Below, piece after piece: positions 51,729 to 61,098 of a DNA stretch of 64,000 bases; positions within the stretch are counted from its first letter, which is position 1; each line of letters opens with the position of its first letter. The stretch is from Candidatus Heimdallarchaeota archaeon. GTDB taxonomy: Archaea; Asgardarchaeota; Heimdallarchaeia; Heimdallarchaeales; Heimdallarchaeaceae. The stretch is taken from positions 160,001 to 224,000 of the forward strand of contig JAUVXV010000002.1 of NCBI GenBank assembly GCA_030603365.1, given 5' to 3'. A program made the translations under genes and the position numbers. The notes under the pieces were generated by a model. The model was not told the origin of the DNA and did no database searches. It saw only the letters and a program-made list of their open reading frames with translations.

Positions 51729-53468
51729 ATGATTAGATGTTTAGACTTAATAAAAATATATCACGACAAAGTGACAGATTATAAGGTTTCAGCCCTTAGA
51801 GGGCTAGATTTGGATGTAGCTGATGGAGAATTAGTGTCCATTATTGGTCCTTCAGGAGCTGGAAAAACCACTCTGATCAATTTGCTATCTGGAACAGATG
51901 TTCCAACTGGTGGACTAATCTTAATTGGTGGAGTACAGATTGACAGATTAAATGAGAAAGAAAGGAGAAAATTCAGATACGAAAGAATAGGACTGGTTAA
52001 TCAATTCACAAGTAGAAACCTATTCTCAAATCTTACTGCGAAAGATAATCTGCTAATGCCTATGAAAATGAAACACACTCCAAGAGAAATCGCAAAGAAA
52101 GAGATGGAAGAACTCCTAACTTTATTTAACCTTCAACATGTCAAGATCAACAGAGCAGCAAAACTGAGTGGAGGAGAATCAATGAGATTATCAGTAGCTA
52201 TTGCTTTAGCTAGGCAACCAGAGTTTGTTTTGGCTGATGAACCCACTGGTCAGCTCGATAGTACAAATACATTTGAAATAATTGATACTTTGAAGGAAGT
52301 AAATGAAGAATTAGGGACAACCATGGTAATTGTAACTCATGATGTGAGATACAGGAATGCATTCAGAAAAAGTTTCCTTATTCGTGATGGAAGATTGGTT
52401 GGAGTAGGTTATGAATCAGATAAATCTCAAATGGATTTCTTAAAGGATGCTTCTGTTTTAAACACTGTTTATATAGATGCTTCCAATTTCATCCAAATCC
52501 CTGAAAAAATCAAATCATCAGCTGCTTTAAGAGATGTTGCTGAATTTGAGGTTCATCCTTCGAAAAAACTTGCCATGATGTGGAATCCTGATCTTGTAAC
52601 TAAAGAAGAAGTATTCAATATTCTTCAGCAATCTCCTGAGGAATATAAGGAAACTGTGGACGAGATTTCTTTTGATGATATTGATTATCTTTTCGATAGA
52701 GAATTCAAACCTAACCCCAAAGCCAAAACTCTAGTTAAAATTAAAGAGGTTCATAGAGGTTACAGGATATTCGGTAAAAATTATCCAGTTATCAAAGGTG
52801 TTGACTTAGAAATTAAGAAGGGTGATTTTATCTTCATGTCTGGACCTTCAGGTGTAGGAAAAACTACTTTACTCAATTTAATAGCTGGTTTACTCAAACC
52901 TGATGAAGGAGAGTTAACGATTGATGGATTCAAAATCAGTCATGGAGATGATACATCTGTTTCAGATTTCAGATTAGCTAATATTTCCTATATCACTCAA
53001 TATCATAGTTTATTCGAACCGATAGAGCTGAGAGATAACTTATTGATTCCTTATCTATTCCAAGGTAAAGATTATGATCCTAGATTAGGTGAAGAGGTAG
53101 CTAAACAATGCCATATTCAACACAAACTTGATTCTTACCCAGATGAACTGAGTGCAGGAGAAAAACAAAGAGCAACATTAGCGTTAGCTCTTACCAGACA
53201 AACTCAGGTTCTACTAGCAGATGAACCTACAGCTAACATGGATTCAGATTTAGCTCGAACTCTGATGGATGTCCTAATAGATGCTGTTGAACAGAACGAG
53301 GTTACCTTCATCATGTGCTCTCATGATTTATCTCTACTACGTCCTGGATTTAGACACATAAGATTAACAGATGGTAAAATCACAGAAGATTCAAGAATAA
53401 CTAAGAATTCTCTAAAGAAAATCTTGAAAGAATATCTGCAGATTCAAGAAGAAAACAATAATAAATAA
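51729..53468 (+). CDS. LolD/MacB-type ABC ATPase with two NBDs and a central AbrB-like segment
   Basis: GPSGAGKT/LSGGE/DEPTG and GPSGVGKT/LSAGE/DEPTA; YID...FIQIPE linker. Confidence 0.9.
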   Translation: MIRCLDLIKIYHDKVTDYKVSALRGLDLDVADGELVSIIGPSGAGKTTLINLLSGTDVPTGGLILIGGVQIDRLNEKERRKFRYERIGLVNQFTSRNLFSNLTAKDNLLMPMKMKHTPREIAKKEMEELLTLFNLQHVKINRAAKLSGGESMRLSVAIALARQPEFVLADEPTGQLDSTNTFEIIDTLKEVNEELGTTMVIVTHDVRYRNAFRKSFLIRDGRLVGVGYESDKSQMDFLKDASVLNTVYIDASNFIQIPEKIKSSAALRDVAEFEVHPSKKLAMMWNPDLVTKEEVFNILQQSPEEYKETVDEISFDDIDYLFDREFKPNPKAKTLVKIKEVHRGYRIFGKNYPVIKGVDLEIKKGDFIFMSGPSGVGKTTLLNLIAGLLKPDEGELTIDGFKISHGDDTSVSDFRLANISYITQYHSLFEPIELRDNLLIPYLFQGKDYDPRLGEEVAKQCHIQHKLDSYPDELSAGEKQRATLALALTRQTQVLLADEPTANMDSDLARTLMDVLIDAVEQNEVTFIMCSHDLSLLRPGFRHIRLTDGKITEDSRITKNSLKKILKEYLQIQEENNNK

Positions 53469-53546
53469 TCTCTTCTTCCTCTTTTTTTATTATCAATCTT
53501 CGGAAAAGTTAAAATGAGATAACATTTTTCTTTTAATGATAATAAC

Positions 53547-55088
53547 ATGAAACACTACTTAGCTGCATCTTTCACTCTGAGTGGTCCTCTACCAGATGAA
53601 AGCGCCGAAGACATAAAAGAATTCTTTACTCAATTTACTGAGAATACACAACAAGCTAGAAAAGATGGAGAATTTGCAATAACCAACATTAATACAGCTG
53701 ATAATCAACTAAGCTTAGTTATAGCATCCATTAATTCTCTCCCTCCTCATGTAGCTATCCTTAGAATTCGAAAACAATTAGCTGAAGCTATTGGTAAAAA
53801 GTATAGAGTCGGATTAAGAGGATTTACTTTTACTAAGTATACTATTGAAACAGAAATTGAACAGGAACCTCTCAAAGAATTTACACTTCCTTTAACCAAG
53901 AAAATTGAATTCAGCAAGAAAGAAGACAAATTCTTTGCTAAAATCGAAATTGACCCTGAAATTTCTGAAGATTTTGTAGAAAAAGGAACTATCGAGCGTA
54001 TAGTTCGTAGAGTCAATGATAAAGCAGTAAAACAGCACTATGGAGCAAAGAAAGAACATCATGAGATAGTTTGGTCAAGTGAGGAAAAAGAACTATTTAC
54101 AGACGATAATCCAACAACCCTAATGCAAGATGCTAATTGGATCCAAAGAACAAATTATCGAAATCAGTGGATTCTATCACCAACAATAACAAAACTTGCT
54201 GAAGCTTTGAAACAAATTATGGTAGATTACATTTACAAACCATTAGAATTTGAACAAATGATGATTCCAAAACTTGTTGACTGGTCTATTTGGCTTAGAT
54301 CAGAACACGCAGAAGGGCTCTATCAAGGTGGTTTTGAACCTTACTTCGTTGTGCAACCCAAAGATCCAACCCCTGAGTATTTTGAGGAAATAGCTGATTA
54401 TATTACTATTACAAAAACAATCCCAACTGAAAAAATAGGAGAAAAAGTAACAGCACCTATTGGAGGGTTATCATATGCTCAATGTCCTCCATTTTGGGCT
54501 TGGTTACAGGGAAAAACACTTACTAAAAGCAGCCTTCCAATTAAGATCTATGATTGGAGTGGTCCTACATATAGGTATGAAGCAGGATCTGCTTATGGTT
54601 TTGAAAGAGTTGATGAGCTCCACCGTATTGAAACCTTATTTATAGGTTCTCCAAAACAAACTAAGAAGATAGGAACTGCTGTTAGAGATAAAATGAGAAT
54701 AATATTCAATGAAGTACTTGATCTTGAATTAAGAGAAGCACAAGTCACGCCATGGTGGTTACAACAATCAGCAACTGAACAAAAAATGGATAGATCAACA
54801 GACCTTGTTGGAACAGTTGATTTCGAAGCTTATATGCCTTATCGTGGGTCAAGAGATGAAAGTGAATGGCTTGAAATTCAAAATGTTTCGATTATTGGTA
54901 CAAAATATCCTAAAGGTTTCTCCGTAAAAGCTGAAGGAAATATTGAGTTATGGTCAGGCTGTTGTGGTGGATCTTTTGAAAGGTTTCTCACAGCATTCAT
55001 TTCTCAGAAAGGACTAAACCAGAAGAACTGGCCTGAGACTTTTCTGAAATATGTTGATAAACTACCAAAGCCAATTAAATTTCACTAA
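53547..55088 (+). CDS. serS: Seryl-tRNA synthetase, methanogen-type (type 2)
   Basis: YAQCPPFW, D.SG.TYRYE.G...G.ERVDE.HRIE, EWLE.QN.S..G.KY..GF and WSGC motifs. Confidence 0.9.
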   Translation: MKHYLAASFTLSGPLPDESAEDIKEFFTQFTENTQQARKDGEFAITNINTADNQLSLVIASINSLPPHVAILRIRKQLAEAIGKKYRVGLRGFTFTKYTIETEIEQEPLKEFTLPLTKKIEFSKKEDKFFAKIEIDPEISEDFVEKGTIERIVRRVNDKAVKQHYGAKKEHHEIVWSSEEKELFTDDNPTTLMQDANWIQRTNYRNQWILSPTITKLAEALKQIMVDYIYKPLEFEQMMIPKLVDWSIWLRSEHAEGLYQGGFEPYFVVQPKDPTPEYFEEIADYITITKTIPTEKIGEKVTAPIGGLSYAQCPPFWAWLQGKTLTKSSLPIKIYDWSGPTYRYEAGSAYGFERVDELHRIETLFIGSPKQTKKIGTAVRDKMRIIFNEVLDLELREAQVTPWWLQQSATEQKMDRSTDLVGTVDFEAYMPYRGSRDESEWLEIQNVSIIGTKYPKGFSVKAEGNIELWSGCCGGSFERFLTAFISQKGLNQKNWPETFLKYVDKLPKPIKFH

Positions 55089-55863
55089 AATTATTTAACT
55101 TCTGTTTGAAATAGATATTTTGAGCATTAGTTTTCTTTTCATTTATTTTCTGTGCAACAGTAAGGATAGCATTTGATGATTTTTCCAAATTACAAACCTT
55201 GAAACCATTAATTATTAGGTATAATCTCAATTCATCCTCAGTAAAAGCTCGAAGAGTGATTTCATCATCAAAAGATGTTTTCTGTTCTTCTTCTATTATT
55301 TCATAATGAGATTTCCATTTCCAAGTCCAACCATGTTCTAAATCAAAAGATGTTTCGCTTAATCTGAGATACTTTCTATTATCATATTGAGACTTATGTT
55401 GAGATTCTTCTCTGAAATCTGTAAAAATCACAGATGCATCAAAATTATCAAATATTAACCATCCTTCATGATTTAAAACTTCATGAATTGAATTCAAAGC
55501 AAACATTACATCATGATTAGTAGTCATGTGAGTAAAAGTTCTTCCTGTAACAACAACTGCATCATAGGTTTCATTTAACTCCAGATGTCGCATATCACCT
55601 CTGATAAAATTCCCTTTTGGCACATATTCCTTCGAGAGCTCAATCATCTCTTTCGAAATATCTAGGCCAGTATAGTTGTATTTATTCTCAATGAATAATT
55701 TAGCCATATTTCCGCTCCCACTGCCTATTTCAAGAATTTTCTTAGCTTTAATCTTTGAAAGATATTTATCATAAATCTTGAATTCTTCCTCATAATCGAA
55801 TATTGTTTGATACATCTCATGATATGCACGAGCATATTCAGAGTAAATCTTGAAAATCTTCAT
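55075..55863 (-). CDS. Class I SAM-dependent methyltransferase
   Basis: ILEIGSGSG, GLD.S..M, GDMR. Confidence 0.88.
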   Translation of the reverse strand: MKIFKIYSEYARAYHEMYQTIFDYEEEFKIYDKYLSKIKAKKILEIGSGSGNMAKLFIENKYNYTGLDISKEMIELSKEYVPKGNFIRGDMRHLELNETYDAVVVTGRTFTHMTTNHDVMFALNSIHEVLNHEGWLIFDNFDASVIFTDFREESQHKSQYDNRKYLRLSETSFDLEHGWTWKWKSHYEIIEEEQKTSFDDEITLRAFTEDELRLYLIINGFKVCNLEKSSNAILTVAQKINEKKTNAQNIYFKQKLNNFSEI

Positions 55864-55971
55864 GATATACTTGCATAAAAGTACCCATATAAGTTTCTTT
55901 CTCGAATTGAGTTAATTTTCAAAAAGGTTCATATGTCTTCTCTGATAAAGTATTATTCTAGGTAACTCGCA

Positions 55972-56550
55972 ATGAAAACTAAAACCTCCTTCATTCTTAG
56001 TTCTTCATTTGTCTTTCTTATGATTTTATTATTGAGCAGTTCTACTAGTTATACCTGCTCAACAGAACTTTCTGAAGATTCAGTACATAACTTTGTAATT
56101 CCTACAAATGAACCATTGGATGAAACAATACTTGAAATCACAAAAATAGAGACATACCCATCACCAGCAATATTGAATCAGCCACTTTTCGTCAATATCA
56201 CTGTAAAGAATAGTGGTCAATTCACTATGGCAGAAATTAAAAATGTAAAGGCGGAAGCTGATGTAAATATAAGCCAAGACGTACTTGTGTTAGAGGGTTC
56301 AATTACCGGTCTTGAGCCTGGACAGCAACAAATAGCTAGGTTTAATCTTACTTTCCTTGAAATAGGTGTAGCAAATGTTACTTTTACAATTTCAACTGAT
56401 AATACTCAAGCTGTTTCTAAATCTGTATTAGTAGAAGTAATTGATGATGGAAATACAGCAACTTTATCCTTAAGACAAATTTCAATGATACTTAGTCTAT
56501 TACCAGTCTTTCTAATTCTCAAATTCAGAAAAAAGAAAAGAATCAGATAA
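55972..56550 (+). CDS. Secreted CARDB/Ig-like protein with C-terminal anchor
   Basis: Signal peptide, VKNSG, LEPG; TM plus RKKKR tail. Confidence 0.65.
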   Translation: MKTKTSFILSSSFVFLMILLLSSSTSYTCSTELSEDSVHNFVIPTNEPLDETILEITKIETYPSPAILNQPLFVNITVKNSGQFTMAEIKNVKAEADVNISQDVLVLEGSITGLEPGQQQIARFNLTFLEIGVANVTFTISTDNTQAVSKSVLVEVIDDGNTATLSLRQISMILSLLPVFLILKFRKKKRIR

Positions 56551-56581
56551 CTTTAAATTTGCTTAATTTTCCGAAAATACA

Positions 56582-57604
56582 ATGATAGACTTACGTTCTG
56601 ATACTTTTACTCTTCCATCCAAAGAGATGATGGAATCTATTATGAATGCGAAATTGGGTGATGATGTCTGGGAAGAGGACCCAACAGTAATTGAACTAGA
56701 AGCCCTTATAGCTAAAAAATTAGGTAAAGAAGCAGGATTGTTAGTAACTAGCGGAACGCAAGGAAATTTGGTTTCACATATGACACATCTTGCTAGAGGG
56801 GATGGAGTAGTTTTAGAAAAAGAGAGTCATATTAATTTGTATGAAGTTGGAGGGGTTTCTCAAGTATCAGGAGCTTATCCAATGATAGTTAATGGTGAAA
56901 ATGGATTAATGGATCCAAAGGACATAGAATCTATTTTCACAACTCCTTATAATGTTCACAAAGTTATTCCAAGATTACTTTGTCTTGAAAACACTCACAA
57001 CAGGGGTGGTGGAAGAATAATTCCAAAGGATAACATTGATACTTTGTCAAAAATAGCTAATGAGAATGGTGGATCAGTTCATCTAGATGGAGCTAGATTA
57101 TTTAATGCTGCAGTTGCTACTGGCATATCTGCAGCTAAACTTGCTGAGAAGGTAGATAGTGTTCAAATATGTTTGAGTAAAGGTTTAGGTTGTCCTATTG
57201 GCTCATTGATTGTAGGAACAGAAGATTTTATTTTTAAATCTAGAAGAAATAGAAAGATTGTCGGGGGCGGAATGAGGCAAGCAGGAATAATTGCAGCACC
57301 AGGGATCTATGCGTTGACTAATATGATTGATCGTTTAGCTGAGGACCATAATCATGCTAAAATGCTTGGTAAAGCATTAGAAGAGATTCAAAACTTCAAT
57401 GTTAAGCCGTATGATACTAATATCGTCATAGTAGATACTACAGAAAGCAAGTTATCAGCTGGAGATGTAGCTGATAAACTAGAGAAAAAAGGTATTCTAG
57501 TAACTTTTATGGAAGATCAGCTGTTTAGAATGGTTACATACTTTGGCATAACAAAAGAAGACGTAGAATCTGTGATTAGCTCAATTTTTGAAGTTTTGAA
57601 ATGA
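56582..57604 (+). CDS. ltaE: Low-specificity L-threonine aldolase
   Basis: DLRSDT, GDDV..EDP, SGT.GN, LENTHN, HLDGARL, CLSKGLG, GGGMRQ. Confidence 0.93.
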   Translation: MIDLRSDTFTLPSKEMMESIMNAKLGDDVWEEDPTVIELEALIAKKLGKEAGLLVTSGTQGNLVSHMTHLARGDGVVLEKESHINLYEVGGVSQVSGAYPMIVNGENGLMDPKDIESIFTTPYNVHKVIPRLLCLENTHNRGGGRIIPKDNIDTLSKIANENGGSVHLDGARLFNAAVATGISAAKLAEKVDSVQICLSKGLGCPIGSLIVGTEDFIFKSRRNRKIVGGGMRQAGIIAAPGIYALTNMIDRLAEDHNHAKMLGKALEEIQNFNVKPYDTNIVIVDTTESKLSAGDVADKLEKKGILVTFMEDQLFRMVTYFGITKEDVESVISSIFEVLK

Positions 57605-57688
57605 TAACTATCAGTTTTTTTTAAAATTTTTAAATTGATAATTTTGAGGAATATCATAGACTTTTTATATTTCTTTTTTGGAGTTTAC

Positions 57689-58531
57689 ATGATACATGTG
57701 TCAATTGATGATTATCTAGATGGTCTCTTATCTGGTAGTTCTGAAACCTCTAAGAAAGCCATTATGAAGCTTACCAAATTGATTGAAAATTTCGGTGCGA
57801 TAATGGTTAAATCAACCGAGAGGATGGAGGATTATATGAATGTATTAGATTCAAGAATAAATGCGGTTGAAAGAGCGTTAGGCGTAGCTTCAGCAGCAGC
57901 AGCAGCAGCACCAGCAGCAGCAGCAGCAGCACCAGCAGCAGCACCAGCAGCAGCACAATCAGCACCTTCCCTCGAAGGAGCTAATCCTGGTTCAGTAGGC
58001 GCACCAAATCTTTCTGCAGCACCAAGTGGAGGAGCTCCAGATTTAAGTGCAATGCCAGCACCTGCAGGAGCTCAGGGTTCAACTGGTGGAGGTATTAGTA
58101 GTGATGATTTAATGAAAGCAGCAGCTGGTTTACAGAAAGCTCCTGAACAAACTGCAGCAGCTGGAGCACCAGGAGATCCAGATGGAGCACCAGCTACTTT
58201 CAGTCCTTTTGGTGTTAGTGCAAATGATATTCAAGGTATACGAGCAGGGTTAACTAAAGTAGACCCTGATGAACATAGGAAAGAAAGAGCAGCAGCAGCA
58301 GGAGAATCTGAGTCAATGCCCGCATCCTTTGCACTTAACATGGAAGTTAAAGATGCTTTAGCTAAACGAGCTTCTCGAATTTCAGAAGCCGATGATGAAG
58401 AAAAAGAATTCGGACCATCTGATGCACCATCAACTCCAGCTAGATCAACAAAACAAATGAAAGAAGCCTTACAAGGTGAGTTAAGAGACGCTTTTAGCAG
58501 TCTTCTTGAGAGCGATACAAACGAAGATTAA
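57689..58531 (+). CDS. Coiled-coil plus Ala/Pro/Gly-rich protein with putative WH2-WH2-C-acidic region (probable start 57689 or 57698)
   Basis: Motifs described under findings; the ORF itself is clear. Confidence 0.6.
   Translation: MIHVSIDDYLDGLLSGSSETSKKAIMKLTKLIENFGAIMVKSTERMEDYMNVLDSRINAVERALGVASAAAAAAPAAAAAAPAAAPAAAQSAPSLEGANPGSVGAPNLSAAPSGGAPDLSAMPAPAGAQGSTGGGISSDDLMKAAAGLQKAPEQTAAAGAPGDPDGAPATFSPFGVSANDIQGIRAGLTKVDPDEHRKERAAAAGESESMPASFALNMEVKDALAKRASRISEADDEEKEFGPSDAPSTPARSTKQMKEALQGELRDAFSSLLESDTNED
57891..57956 (+). repeat. (GCA)n/CCA trinucleotide tract encoding poly-Ala/Pro
   Basis: cagcagcagcagcagcagcaccagcagcag... Confidence 0.9.
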
Positions 58532-58622
58532 CGACACTCTTATTTCTTATTAAATTATTCAAAAAAACAATTCACATTATATAAAACATTTTACATTTCA
58601 ATAATTTACAAGGTAATTAGTA

Positions 58623-60722
58623 ATGACAAACGACATTAAACAATACTTAGAATACATCATGAAAATTAAGCCAAACATTAAACTTAGCAAAATTTATCAG
58701 ACAATTTATGATGATTGCAGGGAATTTGTGAAAATAAGTAACGATCCCTATTTTACATGTAAGAATACAAACATTTCGAATATTTTCGATATCTCTTGGG
58801 TGGGATTAACTGAAAATTTCTCTGAAGTTTCAGAATATTATTTATTTGATTTATACTGGCTAGATGCCATCAATTTCGAGGTATTTAGAACAGTTATTCA
58901 AGAACTAGAGAAGAATATGATTCTGGAAAACGAACTCCTAGTATACGCTTTTTGGCTATACTCAAAGAAGAGAAAAATCATTTTCAACTACTTTAGCTTT
59001 CTGGAATTTACCAAAAAGCTAGGAGTAAAACCATTGGGTTTCTCTGATTTCTTTAAATTTACAAAAAAGAATATTTCTAATATCACTTTATCAGAACAGG
59101 AAATCTATGTGGGTAATGAGATTGATAGAATTCTAAAAAATCTTCAAACCAGATCTCAATATTTGGAAGAGATTGCTAGTTCAGTTTCTCCAAAATATTA
59201 TCGATACCTAGATTTCCTAATTGATCAAAATCTGCTGAATGAACTATCCTATCACTATTCAAAACATCAAAGTTCGGAAATTAAGCTTGAAAAGAAAACT
59301 TCAATGGCTGAATTCCAGAAGAAGATTGAGAAGAAGTACAAAGAAAACGAATTCCCTACTGTACCTACTGTTGTAGATCCAATATTACAAAAACATCTTT
59401 CGAAAATCGATGCAAAAGCAGTTTCTATGGAGAAATTAGCTAAACTTCCAAATGAAATAATAAAAGAATTTGCGACCATCCGTGCTTATTCTAGCCCTTC
59501 TGTTGCCCAAAAGATTAGGATAACTTTCCTCGGAGGAGGGAATATAGGTAATATGGGTATCTTAATTCAACATGACAACAACGCAATCGTGATAGATTAT
59601 GGTATGAGTGTAGCTAATGGCTCAATCCCTCGTTGGCATCCAGCACTAAAATATGTTAAAGCAGTTCTTGTCACTCATGCACATTTAGACCATACTGGAG
59701 CACTTCCTTATCTTATTACTCCTGAAAATGGTAAAAGATGGTATGCAACACAGTCAACAAAAATGCTGACTGAGCGATTGTTAAATTCAACAACTTCTAT
59801 TTTGAGGATGAATGGAATAACAAAGAAAAAAGCATCACCCTTACAGTCTGCATATCTTAATAAATCAAACATAATTAACCTATTCAATGTTTTTAACCCA
59901 ATTAAACCTAAAAAGACAATTGAAGTAAGTCCTGGCTTTGAAGTTACACCTTATCCTGCATCACATATCTTTGGCAGCTGTGGGTACAAAATAGATGTTT
60001 TTGGGAAAAGTATCTTCTTCACAGGTGATTTTTCATTAGATTCTAGTGAATTATTTAAAGGTGCAAACTTCCCTACTGATAGCGATGTAACTATTTTTGA
60101 TGGAACCTATTATAATCGTCAAACAACTTTTGCTGACCCTAATACTGTGATTCTTCAAGCTTCTGAAAGTTGCGATAAACTCATTATTCCTGCATTCTCA
60201 GTAGGTAGAACTCAAGAAATGATTAAACGATTGGAAAGATTAAGAATTTCAACCAAGAAGAATATTATAACTACTGGAATGGCTGGGGAAGTTTCCAAAA
60301 TTATGGGAATTAAAGCTAAATATGATATTGAGAAAAGTGTCTCTCCAGATAAATTCAAGGAGAATGATATCGTAGTAACTGGTCATGGAATGTTACAAGG
60401 AGGAACCGCAAGAAATCTATTAGATGCTACAAAAGACGAGAGAGATACTGGAGTTCTGTTATGTGGTTACCAAGCTCCTAATACTGTAGGATTTGCTCTG
60501 CAAAATTCTCTACCTGTTGCTAAACAGAGATATCATCAAAAAATCTTTTCTGCTCATATCAGCGGCCATACAAACTCACAAGGGTTGAATGATTTTATTG
60601 CCAATCTCGAAGGCAAGAAAATAATGGTACATACTCCTGATGACTCTGTTGTTAGAAAAGAACACAAAAATGTTCTAATCCCTGGCTATAACAAGGAAGT
60701 TGTTATAAGAAATCAAGTTTAG
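58623..60722 (+). CDS. MBL-fold beta-CASP ribonuclease with a ~290-aa N-terminal extension
   Basis: FLGGG..G, DYG, THAHLDHTG, SHIFG, FTGD, IPAFSVGR.QE, GYQA and SGH motifs. Confidence 0.85.
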   Translation: MTNDIKQYLEYIMKIKPNIKLSKIYQTIYDDCREFVKISNDPYFTCKNTNISNIFDISWVGLTENFSEVSEYYLFDLYWLDAINFEVFRTVIQELEKNMILENELLVYAFWLYSKKRKIIFNYFSFLEFTKKLGVKPLGFSDFFKFTKKNISNITLSEQEIYVGNEIDRILKNLQTRSQYLEEIASSVSPKYYRYLDFLIDQNLLNELSYHYSKHQSSEIKLEKKTSMAEFQKKIEKKYKENEFPTVPTVVDPILQKHLSKIDAKAVSMEKLAKLPNEIIKEFATIRAYSSPSVAQKIRITFLGGGNIGNMGILIQHDNNAIVIDYGMSVANGSIPRWHPALKYVKAVLVTHAHLDHTGALPYLITPENGKRWYATQSTKMLTERLLNSTTSILRMNGITKKKASPLQSAYLNKSNIINLFNVFNPIKPKKTIEVSPGFEVTPYPASHIFGSCGYKIDVFGKSIFFTGDFSLDSSELFKGANFPTDSDVTIFDGTYYNRQTTFADPNTVILQASESCDKLIIPAFSVGRTQEMIKRLERLRISTKKNIITTGMAGEVSKIMGIKAKYDIEKSVSPDKFKENDIVVTGHGMLQGGTARNLLDATKDERDTGVLLCGYQAPNTVGFALQNSLPVAKQRYHQKIFSAHISGHTNSQGLNDFIANLEGKKIMVHTPDDSVVRKEHKNVLIPGYNKEVVIRNQV

Positions 60723-61098
60723 AAGAATAGAATGATAATTTGATTTTCTCATGTTGGCATAGTGGGGGTTTCTGTGTTTATAGAGAGAAAACAAGAAAAA
60801 CTTCTGATTTCTGCAATTTATATAAGTAAGAAGGAAAAAAAAACTGATAAATGCTTGGTGATAGTAACAGTCAACGAAGCTGGATATGGATATGGTTTCC
60901 TAAAAGAGGATAGTGAACGAGGAAGGTGAGAAAAGCTAAGTATGGAATAGAAACAAGATTTTAGGGAGAATTTATGAAATTTAGAGAACAAAAAAAAGAG
61001 AACTAAAGGGTATTAAGAAAAGTATCCACTCAAATAATCTAAGTTCTAATTTTATTTATAAACTGGAAAAAAAAAAGATTAGAGGAGAGAAGGTAAGT

